64,000 nt of DNA, from positions 1,683,034 to 1,747,033 of the forward strand of contig OZ244845.1 of NCBI GenBank assembly GCA_965220775.1, read 5' to 3'. Position 1 is the first letter of the stretch. Each line of letters starts with the position of its first letter. The position numbers were made by a program, and so were the translations under genes. Positions 27,806-38,183 of the stretch are shown here, in pieces. This DNA is from Chloroflexota bacterium. GTDB taxonomy: Bacteria; Chloroflexota; UBA6077; FW602-bin22; JBCLEL01. The notes beneath the pieces were generated by a model, which worked only from the letters and a program-made list of their open reading frames with translations, ran no database searches and had not been told where the DNA came from.

Positions 27806-28837
27806 ATGCGCGCGATGCGACTATTGGGAGAGGGCCAAGCCATAGTAACCGACCGGCCGGAGCCCAGGCCGGGACCGGGGCAGGTGCTCTTGAAGATGAA
27901 AGCGGCTGCCATCTGCGGCAGCGATCTCCATCGCTACAAGCTCAAGCTGTCCGACGACGATCCGACCAAGCGGTTCGTGCCAGGCCACGAACCCTGCGGT
28001 GATGTCGTCGAGATTGGACCAGGAGTCGACGATTGGTCTGTCGGAGAGCGCGCGGTCGTTTACCATCGCGTTACCTGCATGCAGTGCCTCTACTGTATCG
28101 GCGGCGAGCGAAACCTGTGCGTCAATAGGATTGGAGCCTACGGATTCGACCCCGACGGCGCCAATCAAGACTACATGATCGCCGCGCCCCAGCACCTGAT
28201 AAGATTGGCGGACGATTTCGACCACGTCGATGGAGCTCTCTTCGCTTGCCAGGTCGGAACCGCCTATCACCCATTGAAGACGATGAACGTCAGCGGGCGA
28301 GACCGGCTGGTCGTGTCCGGACTGGGGCCGGTCGGTCTCTTCACCCTCCTGCTCGCCAAGGCCATGGGCGCTGCCGTCGCCGGCGTCGATCCGTCACCCG
28401 AACGCCGGCAGCTCGCTGAGCGGTTGGGTGCCGACGCGGTCCTCGATCCGACCGCCAGGCCCATAGGCGAAGCGGTGAACTCCGTATTTCCTGGCGGCGC
28501 CGACAAGTTGGCCGAGACCTCCGGCGCCACGTCGGCCCACCGAGCTATCTCCAGTCAGCTTCGTACCAACGGCCAGGCCGCGATCATCGGCTTGGCTCGC
28601 CCCGGCGCTCCATTGGATCTCGGAGACCTCGACGAAATCCTCTTCAATCAGATCCGCGTCTTCGGCTCCAACCTCTACCCCAACAAGGACTTCGACGAGA
28701 TCGTCGACTTCGTCCGGCGCAAGAAAGTGCCGATCAAGAAAGTCATCACTCACGAAATGGGTGTCGAAGACGGCCCCGCGGCATTTCAGCTTGCCGCCGG
28801 CGCCACCGCCGGCAAGATCGTGTTTAGATTCGACTAG
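27806..28837 (+). CDS. zinc-dependent alcohol dehydrogenase (MDR superfamily)
   Basis: 343-aa ORF with GHEPCG, a structural-zinc Cys cluster (CMQCLYCIGGERNLC) and a GLGPVG Rossmann motif. Confidence 0.85.
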   Translation: MRAMRLLGEGQAIVTDRPEPRPGPGQVLLKMKAAAICGSDLHRYKLKLSDDDPTKRFVPGHEPCGDVVEIGPGVDDWSVGERAVVYHRVTCMQCLYCIGGERNLCVNRIGAYGFDPDGANQDYMIAAPQHLIRLADDFDHVDGALFACQVGTAYHPLKTMNVSGRDRLVVSGLGPVGLFTLLLAKAMGAAVAGVDPSPERRQLAERLGADAVLDPTARPIGEAVNSVFPGGADKLAETSGATSAHRAISSQLRTNGQAAIIGLARPGAPLDLGDLDEILFNQIRVFGSNLYPNKDFDEIVDFVRRKKVPIKKVITHEMGVEDGPAAFQLAAGATAGKIVFRFD

Positions 28838-28944
28838 GCCCGTCGCATCTGAACCACAGCTTGCGAACTGCTGGACTTGTCCCTGCCACGTACGTCGCAC
28901 CCGGCATTGTGGCCCGTCCAGTGGCCCTTGCCTAGAGGCACGGC

Positions 28945-29361
28945 TTGAGATCGCTGACCCGCCTGACGTGGGTAGTCTCCCTGTTGCTTGCCTTGTGGCT
29001 TTTGATCTGGGCGGTGACTGGGCATTGGCTCACCGCGGCTCTGGCAGTAATTTTCGGGTACGCGGTCCTGCGCCTATCGAAGCAACTGCTAATCTCCCTA
29101 TTCCACCGGCCGATCCGGCGAGTTATTGGCCGGCTCGCCGGACGCGGCTCAAGATATCCTTCCGATTGGGATCGAATCCGCCGGCGGGTGTATCGCCGGG
29201 ATAGCTATACCTGTCAAAACTGTGGCGCGACCGGTGTGCGAATCGAGGCGCATCATATCGTCCCCATCCGATTCGGCGGGACTCATCACCTAAGTAACCT
29301 CATAAGCTTGTGCAGCGACTGCCACGGCAAGGCCGACCGCAAGCGGCTTCGATCCGGATAA
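28945..29361 (+). CDS. HNH endonuclease with two N-terminal transmembrane helices
   Basis: 138-aa ORF, TTG start. Hydrophobic N-terminus (WVVSLLLALWLLIWAV, LTAALAVIFGYAVL), then CQNCG...HHIVP...HHLSNLISLCSDCH. Confidence 0.75.
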   Translation: MRSLTRLTWVVSLLLALWLLIWAVTGHWLTAALAVIFGYAVLRLSKQLLISLFHRPIRRVIGRLAGRGSRYPSDWDRIRRRVYRRDSYTCQNCGATGVRIEAHHIVPIRFGGTHHLSNLISLCSDCHGKADRKRLRSG

Positions 29362-29769
29362 GTCGATCTCTGATCAGTCTTCGTACAGACAGGAGCCGGC
29401 GACAGGTCCAAATTGCGCCTTCGGACACCTCGTGAGCCCGGCGCTAGTGACTCCCCTTACCATCGTTCCTTGGTGGTTACAGCCTAGAGATGTCAATGGC
29501 TCGATGGAGTCCGTCGTCGTTCGGAGGCGCTCAAAATAGCACGCGAGCGGCATTCTTGATCGACGTTGACCGTGTAGCACGGGAAGTCTAGCTTCGAGGG
29601 TCTATCCACTAGCCCAAATGCTCCGATAGTCCGAGCCGGCCTGTATAGTCATAGACTGTATAATGCAACTTAACTAGGTCCGTTCCAGCTTTGATGCTGG
29701 GAACTCATGTCCTGGGGATTACTCCTAAGATACCTTGTCCATATCGCAAAACGCGGAGGGGATTTCTTG

Positions 29770-30354
29770 ATGACCCTGCACCTTCCTATGATCAAGCAGA
29801 CCGAGATAAAGGTCCTCAGCGATATCAATGCGATCAAACACGGCGATTATGTCCTAAGAAATGGGGCGAAGTCGGACATACTAATTGACCTTCACGGTCT
29901 AGCGTCACATCCCTCTATTTTTCGCTATCTCGCGGAGAAGGTGTCCAACATAGTTTGGGACTTGGGGATAGATCGAGTCGTCGGAGTGCCATACGCAGGT
30001 ATCCCGCTCGCAACGGCACTATCCCTAATGACGGATATTCCGATGTTATGGGTGCGCAAAATGGCGGATTCACCCAACGAGCCGTCCGGAGTTGAAGGGG
30101 ACTTTGCCCGCGCGAGCGTGGCATGCGTAGTCGAAGACTTGGTGACCACTGCGGCGAGTGCCATCGAGACTGCCCATCAGGTGCGCGAAGCTGGTTTAAT
30201 CGTCCACGATGTGGTGACTGTCGCTGATATGGAACAGGGTGCAAGAGAGAATCTGGCTGCAAATGACTTGAAGTTGCACTCTCTAGTTACCTTGAGCGAG
30301 GTCAGGAGATACGGCCAGCCACGCCCGGTCGGGCCGATCAGTCGAGAGGAATAA
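29770..30354 (+). CDS. orotate phosphoribosyltransferase-like (type I PRTase)
   Basis: ATG at 29770 preceded by GGAGGGG. AIKHGDYVLRNGAKSDILIDLHGL resembles the OPRT N-terminus, and VCVVEDLVTTAASAIET is the PRPP-binding motif. Confidence 0.7.
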   Translation: MTLHLPMIKQTEIKVLSDINAIKHGDYVLRNGAKSDILIDLHGLASHPSIFRYLAEKVSNIVWDLGIDRVVGVPYAGIPLATALSLMTDIPMLWVRKMADSPNEPSGVEGDFARASVACVVEDLVTTAASAIETAHQVREAGLIVHDVVTVADMEQGARENLAANDLKLHSLVTLSEVRRYGQPRPVGPISREE

Positions 30355-30761
30355 GACTCGGCTGAGGGTCATCCGCGTGATCCGACGCTGTTAGCGAATC
30401 CAAAATGATACGGGGCTTCGTGGTTGTCTGTTATGCTAGTCAGGTCAAGGACAGTCGGCCTAGCCTGGAGGGTGGGGCGACATAGTCCCCGCAACGGCAG
30501 ACGCGAGATCGGCCTCTGGGCCGTGCTCTCTTTGGGTAATTCCACTTTCCGGCAACGGAGATTTGCTGCGAGTGTCGGCCACGTTTGACTTCGTGTACTG
30601 TGAGAGGCTTGTCAACAACACCAGGCAACTAACACCGACTGGAACTGCTCTGCAATACGAGTTTGGTCCATCTAGGGCATGACTGCGAATTACAAGTCCA
30701 GATCTCCAGTTTACGAAGGGCCGTTGGTTACAGTTCGGTCAAACATACAGGAGGATTTCAA

Positions 30762-32003
30762 TTGCCCTACGAGGTAAAGCTTCTTCAGCTTTCGCCGTCT
30801 ATGGATGACGGTACAGTGACCGCCTGGCTAAAGAAAGTAGGAGATGAGGTCGAGGAAGGTGAAGAGCTATACGAGGTCGAAAGTGACAAGGTATCGGCGC
30901 CAGTAAAGTCGCCCGCTACCGGGACCGTTCACCAATTATCCGTAAATGAAGGCGACAACGTCCAGGTTGGTGCGCTGCTGGCGATACTAGCGCTGCCTGG
31001 CGAGAAGCTGGAGGCGCCCGCTGCCGCCGGCCAAGTAGACCCCGCGGCCATGGTTTCTCCGTCGCCGGCGGTTTCTGCACCCGTCCCAACGCCTCCACCT
31101 CCACAAAGGGCAACGTCTAAGACAGGACGCATATTTGTTTCTCCCAGAGCTCGCCGAGTCGCGAAAGAGCTTGGCCTAGACCCTACGACGTTAACCGGAA
31201 CCGGCCCTGGCGGCCGCGTCTTGGAAAGAGATGTCATTGCTGCGTCCAAAGCGGCCCCAACCGCTCCTGTCGCTCCGATACTGCCGGCTCCGGCTGCCGC
31301 TCCGGTGCCTGGTGTGTTTGACGTAGTGAGGTTGACGGGCATGCGTAAGACCATCGCCGAACGCATGCACCTCAGCAAAGACACCACGGCATCCGTGACT
31401 TTGACCTCCGAGGTCGATATGAGTGAGGTTGCGAAGCTGCGATCTCAGATCAATACGGAGTGGGAGAGCAAATTCAACATTCGCGTCTCTTACACCGATG
31501 TCATAGTCAGGGCAGTCACCAAGGCGCTGGGCGAGCATCCGGCTGTCAACGCCAGTCTGGTGGATCAAGAGATTCGAAGGCATAAGGATATAAACGTTGG
31601 TGTTGCAGTCGCGCTGGATGATGGGCTAATAGTGCCGAACATTCCCAACGCCGACCAAAAGTCGTTGCTTGAAATCTCGACCACGCTCCGCGAGCTAGCC
31701 GGCAAGGCCCGGGATGGTAGTTTGTCTCACACTGAGGTCACTGGAGGCACGTTTACCATCACAAATCTGGGCACATATGGTGTTGAGGCATTTACTCCCA
31801 TCATTAACCATCCTGAGTGCGCAATTCTCGGAGTCGGTAGGATCGCCGATCGGGCCGTAGTACGTGACGGGGAAATAGTCATACGTCCAACGATGTGGCT
31901 AAGCCTCACCTTCGATCACCGTATCGTCGATGGTGCCCCGGCCGCTCAATTCCTGGCTCGCGTCCAGAACCTACTCGAATCTCCTTACCTCCTGTTCGTT
32001 TAA
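30762..32003 (+). CDS. dihydrolipoamide acyltransferase (E2) of a 2-oxoacid dehydrogenase complex
   Basis: TTG start after AGGAGGA. Lipoyl domain (EVESDKVSAPV), Ala/Pro linker, E3-binding domain (SPRARRVAKELGLD) and catalytic domain (LTFDHRIVDG). Confidence 0.88.
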   Translation: MPYEVKLLQLSPSMDDGTVTAWLKKVGDEVEEGEELYEVESDKVSAPVKSPATGTVHQLSVNEGDNVQVGALLAILALPGEKLEAPAAAGQVDPAAMVSPSPAVSAPVPTPPPPQRATSKTGRIFVSPRARRVAKELGLDPTTLTGTGPGGRVLERDVIAASKAAPTAPVAPILPAPAAAPVPGVFDVVRLTGMRKTIAERMHLSKDTTASVTLTSEVDMSEVAKLRSQINTEWESKFNIRVSYTDVIVRAVTKALGEHPAVNASLVDQEIRRHKDINVGVAVALDDGLIVPNIPNADQKSLLEISTTLRELAGKARDGSLSHTEVTGGTFTITNLGTYGVEAFTPIINHPECAILGVGRIADRAVVRDGEIVIRPTMWLSLTFDHRIVDGAPAAQFLARVQNLLESPYLLFV

Positions 32004-32030
32004 GCACTAACTCGTACGGGTGAGATTATT

Positions 32031-33443
32031 TTGACGATTGAAACTGACATTGCGATAGTCGGAGCCGGCCCGGCCGGCTACGTTGGGGCTATTCGGGCTG
32101 CCCAAATGGGGGCGCGAGTTACCCTGGTCGAAAAGTCCGAGCTTGGTGGCACCTGCCTGAATCGTGGTTGCATACCTAGCAAAGCGCTGCTCGAAGCTGC
32201 ATCGAGATACACTGACTTGAAGGAGGCCGAGCAATTTGGCCTACGCGCAAATGACGTCGGATTTGACTACCGAAAAATCGGCGACCGTAAGAATAAAGTA
32301 GTTCGGCAATTGCGTAATGGCGTTGAAAGCTTGGTACGAGGCAACGGCATCAATTGGGTGCGAGGCAAGGGCACTATATCCGCCGTAGGCGTCCGGGTAG
32401 AGAAAACGGACGGGACTATTGAGCGGATCCGCGCGGGCCGAGGCGTTCTGATTGCCACAGGCTCTAAGGAGGGAAGACCTCCTATTCCTGGGGTTAATCT
32501 GCCGGGCGTACTAGGAAGTGACCAAGCGCTCGAACTGGATGAGGTGCCGAAATCCATTGTAATCGTGGGTGGTGGACCTGTCGGAGTCGAGTTTGCGACC
32601 ATCTTCAGCAGCTTTGGCAGTCATGTCACTGTCGTAGAGATGTTGCAAACGCTATTGCCATTGGAAGATGCCGAGATGGGTCGTTTGTTGGCGCGCAGCT
32701 TCGCCCGAAAGGGAATCTCGATCAAGACTGGCACTGCTGTCAGCCGGATCGAGTCGGACGCAGGGAGCTTAGCGGTAGTTGTCGGTGACCCGGATGGGCA
32801 GACCGAGGAACGGTTATCGGCTGAGCGTGTATTGATAGCGGTAGGTCGTCAACCAAACACGGATGGTCTTGGCTTGGCCGAATCTCGAATCAAGATGGAT
32901 GGTCGGCACATTCACGTGGACGAGAGCATGAGGACCTCGGCGTCAAACGTCTATGCGGCTGGTGACGTCGTCGGAGGCTATATGCTAGCCCACGTGGGTT
33001 CAGCCGAGGGCGAGGTGGCGGTGGAGCATATGTTGGGGGAGCAGGTCAGAGCGGACTACCGCGCGGTGCCAAGCTGCACCTATTCGTCTCCAGAGGTCGC
33101 AGGTGTTGGCCTCACGGAAGTAGAGGCGCGAGAGGCCGGCCACAAGGTCAAGATTGGTCACTTTCCCTTTGCCGCGGCCTCAAAGGGGATCGTCTCTGGT
33201 GAAGCGGACGGCGTTGTGAAGATCATCGCCGAGGCGCAGTACGACCAGGTGCTCGGTGTACACATCATAGCCTCCCATGCTACTGATATGATCGCTGAGG
33301 CCGCATTAGCCATCAACCTCGAGACCACGCTGGAGGATTTCGCCAACACGATCCATCCTCATCCCACGATGACCGAGGCAGTTCGTGAGGCTTCGTTGGA
33401 CGCGGACAGTCGTGTGATACATCTGCTCAAGCGTAGAGGCTAG
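32031..33443 (+). CDS. lpdA: dihydrolipoyl dehydrogenase (E3)
   Basis: 470-aa ORF with GAGPAGY, the redox-active GGTCLNRGCIPSK and the C-terminal HPHPT motif. Confidence 0.92.
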   Translation: MTIETDIAIVGAGPAGYVGAIRAAQMGARVTLVEKSELGGTCLNRGCIPSKALLEAASRYTDLKEAEQFGLRANDVGFDYRKIGDRKNKVVRQLRNGVESLVRGNGINWVRGKGTISAVGVRVEKTDGTIERIRAGRGVLIATGSKEGRPPIPGVNLPGVLGSDQALELDEVPKSIVIVGGGPVGVEFATIFSSFGSHVTVVEMLQTLLPLEDAEMGRLLARSFARKGISIKTGTAVSRIESDAGSLAVVVGDPDGQTEERLSAERVLIAVGRQPNTDGLGLAESRIKMDGRHIHVDESMRTSASNVYAAGDVVGGYMLAHVGSAEGEVAVEHMLGEQVRADYRAVPSCTYSSPEVAGVGLTEVEAREAGHKVKIGHFPFAAASKGIVSGEADGVVKIIAEAQYDQVLGVHIIASHATDMIAEAALAINLETTLEDFANTIHPHPTMTEAVREASLDADSRVIHLLKRRG

Positions 33444-33541
33444 CCAAGCCGGGCATTGACGTACCCATGACCGGCTACTTAGAATGTCTGCGCCGGCACA
33501 GCCGGATTCCCACAATACCATCATTTTGAGGAGTGTTGCAG

Positions 33542-34525
33542 ATGTCCAAGGTATTCGTTTCGCGACTCATTCCCGAGCGTGGGCTGAAGAAAGTGAAGGC
33601 CGCGACGGACACCGAGGTCTGGAATAGTGATTTGCCGCCACCGGCCGACGTGCTGCTGGATAAGGCTAAGGAGTGCGATGGCCTTCTGTCGCTTTTGACC
33701 GACAAGATAGATGGCGACTTCATGGACGCTTGTCCTAGGCTGAAAGTAATCGCAAATTTGGCAGTCGGCTTCGACAATATCGACATTCCTGCGGCTACGA
33801 AACGTGGCGTCATCGTCGGAAACACTCCCGGCGTACTTACGGACACGACCGCGGATTTTGCTTGGACTCTACTAATGGCAGCGGCCCGCCGGCTAACTGA
33901 AGGTGAGCGCTACGTCCGGGACGGCAAGTGGACAACCTGGGGGCCGTTACTGCTGCGCGGGCAGGATATCCATCACGCCACGTTGGGGCTCGTTGGCTTG
34001 GGCAGGATCGGCTCCGAAATGGCGCGGCGCGCCCAGGGTTTTTCGATGCAAGTGCTGTACCACGATGTCGTCAGGCGCGAAGATCTTGAGCAGTCGATGG
34101 GCATTCGCCACGTAGATATGGACACGCTGCTAAATGAGTCTGATTTCGTCTCTGTGCATGTTCCTTTGTTCAAAGAGACGTACCACCTCATTAACGATGC
34201 TGCCTTTGCCAAGATGAAGAATAGCGCCGTGTTAGTGAACTCTGCTCGTGGCCCAATAGTGGACCCGAAGGCGCTGTACGATGCCTTGTCAACTGGGCAG
34301 ATTTTCGCGGCGGGGTTGGACGTGACGGAGCCCGAACCTATCACGATGGACGATCCGCTCCTGACTTTGGAAAACTGTGTGATCGCACCCCATATTGCGA
34401 GCGGCAGCGTGGAGACTCGCGAGCAGATGTCGGACGTGGCAGCCGAAAACATCTTGGCCGGTCTGGCCGGCAAACAAGGACCGGCGATCGTGAACCCAGA
34501 CGTATTCGCGAAGGGTCTGCGTTAA
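33542..34525 (+). CDS. D-isomer-specific 2-hydroxyacid dehydrogenase (glyoxylate/hydroxypyruvate reductase-like)
   Basis: ATG after GAGGAG. GLVGLGRIG NAD motif, and SARG...D...HIAS catalytic pattern. Confidence 0.88.
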   Translation: MSKVFVSRLIPERGLKKVKAATDTEVWNSDLPPPADVLLDKAKECDGLLSLLTDKIDGDFMDACPRLKVIANLAVGFDNIDIPAATKRGVIVGNTPGVLTDTTADFAWTLLMAAARRLTEGERYVRDGKWTTWGPLLLRGQDIHHATLGLVGLGRIGSEMARRAQGFSMQVLYHDVVRREDLEQSMGIRHVDMDTLLNESDFVSVHVPLFKETYHLINDAAFAKMKNSAVLVNSARGPIVDPKALYDALSTGQIFAAGLDVTEPEPITMDDPLLTLENCVIAPHIASGSVETREQMSDVAAENILAGLAGKQGPAIVNPDVFAKGLR

Positions 34526-34623
34526 TAACAGAAGCCTCCGCCCGACTTAATATAACTGCGCGGGTTCCCTTGTCTTCGGTCGGACGCTATCGTCCTAGGC
34601 TGCGAGTCCTTCTATACCTTCGA

Positions 34624-36306
34624 CTAGTACCCGATCGCCATCCCAGCAACCCTCGGATCTGTCCCTCCGAGGAGAATCTTGCGGCGGTGATCGAAGGCTA
34701 TTAACTGAACTCCGCCGCCCGCGCCCCAACGATCCAGTCGTTCCACGCGATGGCCCCGCTCAGTCAGTCCGGCTAGTGCGTCGTCCGAAATACCCTGTTC
34801 TGCTCTTACAACGAACCTATTTTCGATGGTTTCCGGATCGGTGCTGGGAAAGCTGTACCATCTAGGTGCTTCGGCAGCCTCCTGTACGTTCAGGTCGAAG
34901 TCCACAAGGTTTACGATCGTCTGCATATTCCACTGGGGTTGCTGATCTCCGCCCGGCGTTCCGCCGACGATCACCGGTTTGCCCTCGTTGGTGATGAGAT
35001 AGCAATTCAGCGTATGCATAGTCCGCTTGCCGCCAGCCAAGCGGTTAGGATGGCCCGCTTCCAGTGTGAATCCACGTCCGGCCCGGTTATTCAGCACGAT
35101 GCCGGTATCGCCAGCTACTACTCCGCTGCCAAAGGCGTTAGACAAACTGTGAATGAATGAGACTGCGTTACCCCAACGGTCAGCTACTGCGAAATAGGTC
35201 GTGTCACCTCCTAGTAACTCCGGCGGGGCACCGGCCAACACGCCCAGCGCCCGGCTGTGGTCGATGTCCCGACGGCGCAAGGCCGCGAACTCTTTGCCTA
35301 TCAACGAGTCGACTGGGAAATCAACAGTGCGTGGGTCGCCACAATAACGCAGGCGATCGGCGAAAGCCAGCTTCTTGGTTTCAATCATGATGTGCAGTGT
35401 TTGCGTCGTATTCCGTCCCAACATCCGCAGATCGAATCCTTCAAGAAGGTTCAACTCTTCGAGAACTATTAGACCTTGCGATACTGGTCTGGTCTGGTGA
35501 ACCTGGTAACCTCGATAGTCGGTCGAAATTGGAGCGTAGACTTCGGTCTCGTGATCCGCGAATTCAGCTTCTGTGAGTCCACTATCCGAGTTACCATTTG
35601 CACGGTAGAAGTCGGCGATTCGTCTCGAGATATCGCCTTCATAGAATGCCTTAGAGCCACCAGACGCAATGAGGCGCAAGGACTTGGCCAGATCCGGATT
35701 TCGGAGCCGGTCGCCAGCCTTTAGTGATCTACCGCCCGGTATGAATATTGACGCGGAAGTCGGGAATTGACCCAGGATGTGGGCCGTCCCAGCGATAGTG
35801 CCGGCCATTGTCTCCGGCAGGATGAACCCCTGTCCGGCAATCTCGATGGCCGGCTGCAAAAGGTCGCCCAACGGGCGAGTAGCGAAGAGGTTAGCTATTG
35901 TCTCGTATGCATGAACTGCTCCCGGTACTGCTACTGAGTACAGGCCGGAGATTGGCATCTTGCGAAATCCGCGCTCCAGGAAATACTCCGGTGTTGCCTT
36001 GTAGGCGCACACTCCACTTCCGTTGATCGCCGTGCATCTGCCAGTACTTGCTTCGTAAACGATGGCGAAGACGTCACCGCCCAATCCGCACATGGCCGGC
36101 AACGTGACATTCTCGACAGATGCGACTGCGATGGCCGCATCGACCGCATTGCCCCCTGATTCCAATACGTCGATGCCCACGCGTGCCGCGATCGGGTCTG
36201 CGGCAGATATCATTCCCTCAGAGCCATACGCAATCGGGCTGTGCTGGCCGGCTCGAGGAACGCTGCCAGTAGTTCTTAGTCCAATCCCTCCGGATGCCGA
36301 GCTCAT
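34624..36306 (-). CDS. ggt: gamma-glutamyltransferase
   Basis: GGDTTYFAVADRWGNAVSFIHSL (autoprocessing Thr) and TPGGDQQPQ are present. Start set at the ATG with a GGAGGAG RBS. The ORF-track start at 36372 is 22 codons longer. Confidence 0.9.
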   Translation of the reverse strand: MSSASGGIGLRTTGSVPRAGQHSPIAYGSEGMISAADPIAARVGIDVLESGGNAVDAAIAVASVENVTLPAMCGLGGDVFAIVYEASTGRCTAINGSGVCAYKATPEYFLERGFRKMPISGLYSVAVPGAVHAYETIANLFATRPLGDLLQPAIEIAGQGFILPETMAGTIAGTAHILGQFPTSASIFIPGGRSLKAGDRLRNPDLAKSLRLIASGGSKAFYEGDISRRIADFYRANGNSDSGLTEAEFADHETEVYAPISTDYRGYQVHQTRPVSQGLIVLEELNLLEGFDLRMLGRNTTQTLHIMIETKKLAFADRLRYCGDPRTVDFPVDSLIGKEFAALRRRDIDHSRALGVLAGAPPELLGGDTTYFAVADRWGNAVSFIHSLSNAFGSGVVAGDTGIVLNNRAGRGFTLEAGHPNRLAGGKRTMHTLNCYLITNEGKPVIVGGTPGGDQQPQWNMQTIVNLVDFDLNVQEAAEAPRWYSFPSTDPETIENRFVVRAEQGISDDALAGLTERGHRVERLDRWGAGGGVQLIAFDHRRKILLGGTDPRVAGMAIGY

Positions 36307-36478
36307 ATTGTCTCCTCCAACGGGCCTGTCGAATCCCGATTTTGGTCTGCCATCTCGATTAGAAATTCCCACTTAGGCGGGAACATGCAGATGGCAATTG
36401 TATCTCAGTATGTAGCTCGCGAAGGGTGTTACAATGGAGGTCCTGTTGAAGACGGGACGATAGGTTGGAGGTGAATTT

Positions 36479-37261
36479 GTGGCGCAGGCCGCTCTCAACT
36501 ACAGCCGGGCCGAACTAATGGCTGTATGCTCGGCCCGTGAAATCAAGAACGGTGAACGAGTCTTTGTCGGAACTGGCCTGCCCATGCTGGGAGCAATGCT
36601 GGCCAAGAGAACACATGCACCGGACTCTGTGCAGATCTATGAGTCCGGGGTGATCGACTCTAGGCCGACGCGAACCCCGATTAGCATAGGCGATTGTTGC
36701 CTAGTACCAGATAGCGCAATGCTCTGTGGTTTGACCGAAGTCTTTGGTTCGATCCTGCAGCCCGGTTACGTGGACGTCGGGTTTATAGGCGCCGCTCAGA
36801 TTGATCGATACGGCAACATTAATACGAGTGTAATAGGTGATTACTTCCACCCAAAGGTCCGGCTCCCAGGTAGCGGTGGCGCGAACGAGATAGGCAGCCT
36901 CGCCAATCGTGTGTGCGTGATGATGGTTCAAGATCGTCGCAAGTTCAGCGAAAAAGTAGATTACGTGACAACGCCGGGCTACCTTTCCGGTCCTGGGGCT
37001 CGGCAAGCGGCCGGCTTGCCGCGTGGCGGTCCATCGGTGGTGATCACTCAGATGGCCATATATGGGTTCGACCAAGAGTGCGAAATGCGCCTGGTTTCGG
37101 TTCACCCTGGCGTGACGGTTGATGATGTGCGTGAACAGGTGGCCTGGGATCTGCGAGTCGCACCCGAAGTCGAAGAGACGGCACCGCCTATCGAAAACGA
37201 GCTTCGCCTATTGCGTGAAGAGCTGGACCCGAAAGGCATCTTTCTGGGAAGCCGCGACTAG
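36479..37261 (+). CDS. CoA-transferase, beta-subunit-like
   Basis: 260-aa ORF. GAAQIDRYGNINTSVIG and LPGSGGANEI are typical of family I CoA-transferase B subunits. No A subunit is adjacent. Confidence 0.8.
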   Translation: MAQAALNYSRAELMAVCSAREIKNGERVFVGTGLPMLGAMLAKRTHAPDSVQIYESGVIDSRPTRTPISIGDCCLVPDSAMLCGLTEVFGSILQPGYVDVGFIGAAQIDRYGNINTSVIGDYFHPKVRLPGSGGANEIGSLANRVCVMMVQDRRKFSEKVDYVTTPGYLSGPGARQAAGLPRGGPSVVITQMAIYGFDQECEMRLVSVHPGVTVDDVREQVAWDLRVAPEVEETAPPIENELRLLREELDPKGIFLGSRD

Positions 37262-37326
37262 GGAGATTTCGATCATTGTCGCGGGACCGTGTTGCCGGCG
37301 GGTGAAATAACTTTCTTCAGGCTTGT

Positions 37327-37749
37327 CTAGCTATCGGTAGGCTCCAGAGTTATGCCCGGCCACCTCTCGTCAACCTCGCTGACGTCGACAGTAATGCCGT
37401 CGGGGTCTTCTACCTTGAATGCTCGATCCTCAAGATTATCGGGATCCACGGGGCGTTTTCCATTCAGGCCGTCCGAAAAGATTTCGTAGCCCATTTCGCG
37501 GAGGCGCCGGGCAGCCTCTGGGACATTAGTAACGCCAACCCCCACGTGCAGGTAATCCAACATGCCGCCTACATGGTCAGGTCGCGGGTCGCCGGTGTGC
37601 TGGAAGACGGCGAAATTGTGGTAACCGTCTGAAAGGTCGTAGCGTATGCCCTTGTGCTTTACTACTTTCATACCGAGACCATCGCGCCAGAATCGTACCG
37701 AATCATCCAGATTGGACGCACGCACGCCAACATGCACCAAGACACTCAT
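37327..37749 (-). CDS. VOC (glyoxalase/bleomycin-resistance/dioxygenase) family protein
   Basis: MSVLVHVGVRASNLDDSVRFWRDGLGM... and HVGVGV... show the VOC beta-alpha-beta-beta-beta pattern. The internal ATG is chosen as start. Confidence 0.75.
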   Translation of the reverse strand: MSVLVHVGVRASNLDDSVRFWRDGLGMKVVKHKGIRYDLSDGYHNFAVFQHTGDPRPDHVGGMLDYLHVGVGVTNVPEAARRLREMGYEIFSDGLNGKRPVDPDNLEDRAFKVEDPDGITVDVSEVDERWPGITLEPTDS

Positions 37750-37928
37750 CGTAACAGAACTCCTAATCCGCAAAGATCCATCTAACGTCCAACTCGGGCC
37801 GGCTTGACAGTATCGATTCTAGCATGGCGCCGGCCCCTGCCCCTTGGAGTGCACCGGGTTCCGGTTGAGACCGGATCGCATCCGCTTGAGTGTTGGGATT
37901 GACAATATCAGGGAGTTCGCCTCCTTGC

Positions 37929-38183
37929 CTATTGCTCCTGTAGCCGCATGTGGATTCGGTGTCGCAGGTCATACGGGCTCGATTCGTCCTTTGCGACTTG
38001 GGCGATCAATCGCCGCAACCTGTCGGAGAATCTGAAACGTGCGCGGCAGTTCGGGCACGCGTCGAGGTGCCGCCGGACGATTGCCGCTTCGTGGTCGGAC
38101 AGTTCGCGGTCGAGGTACATGTGTAACTTTTCTTCTGCTTCCTGGCACTCTATATGATCAGGTTCGCTATGAAAGTTCGTCAC
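37929..38183 (-). CDS. zinc-binding anti-sigma factor (ZAS, RsrA-like)
   Basis: 84-aa ORF with an HLDACPNC (HxxxCxxC) motif. Overlaps the sigma gene end by 17 bp. Confidence 0.75.
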   Translation of the reverse strand: MTNFHSEPDHIECQEAEEKLHMYLDRELSDHEAAIVRRHLDACPNCRARFRFSDRLRRLIAQVAKDESSPYDLRHRIHMRLQEQ

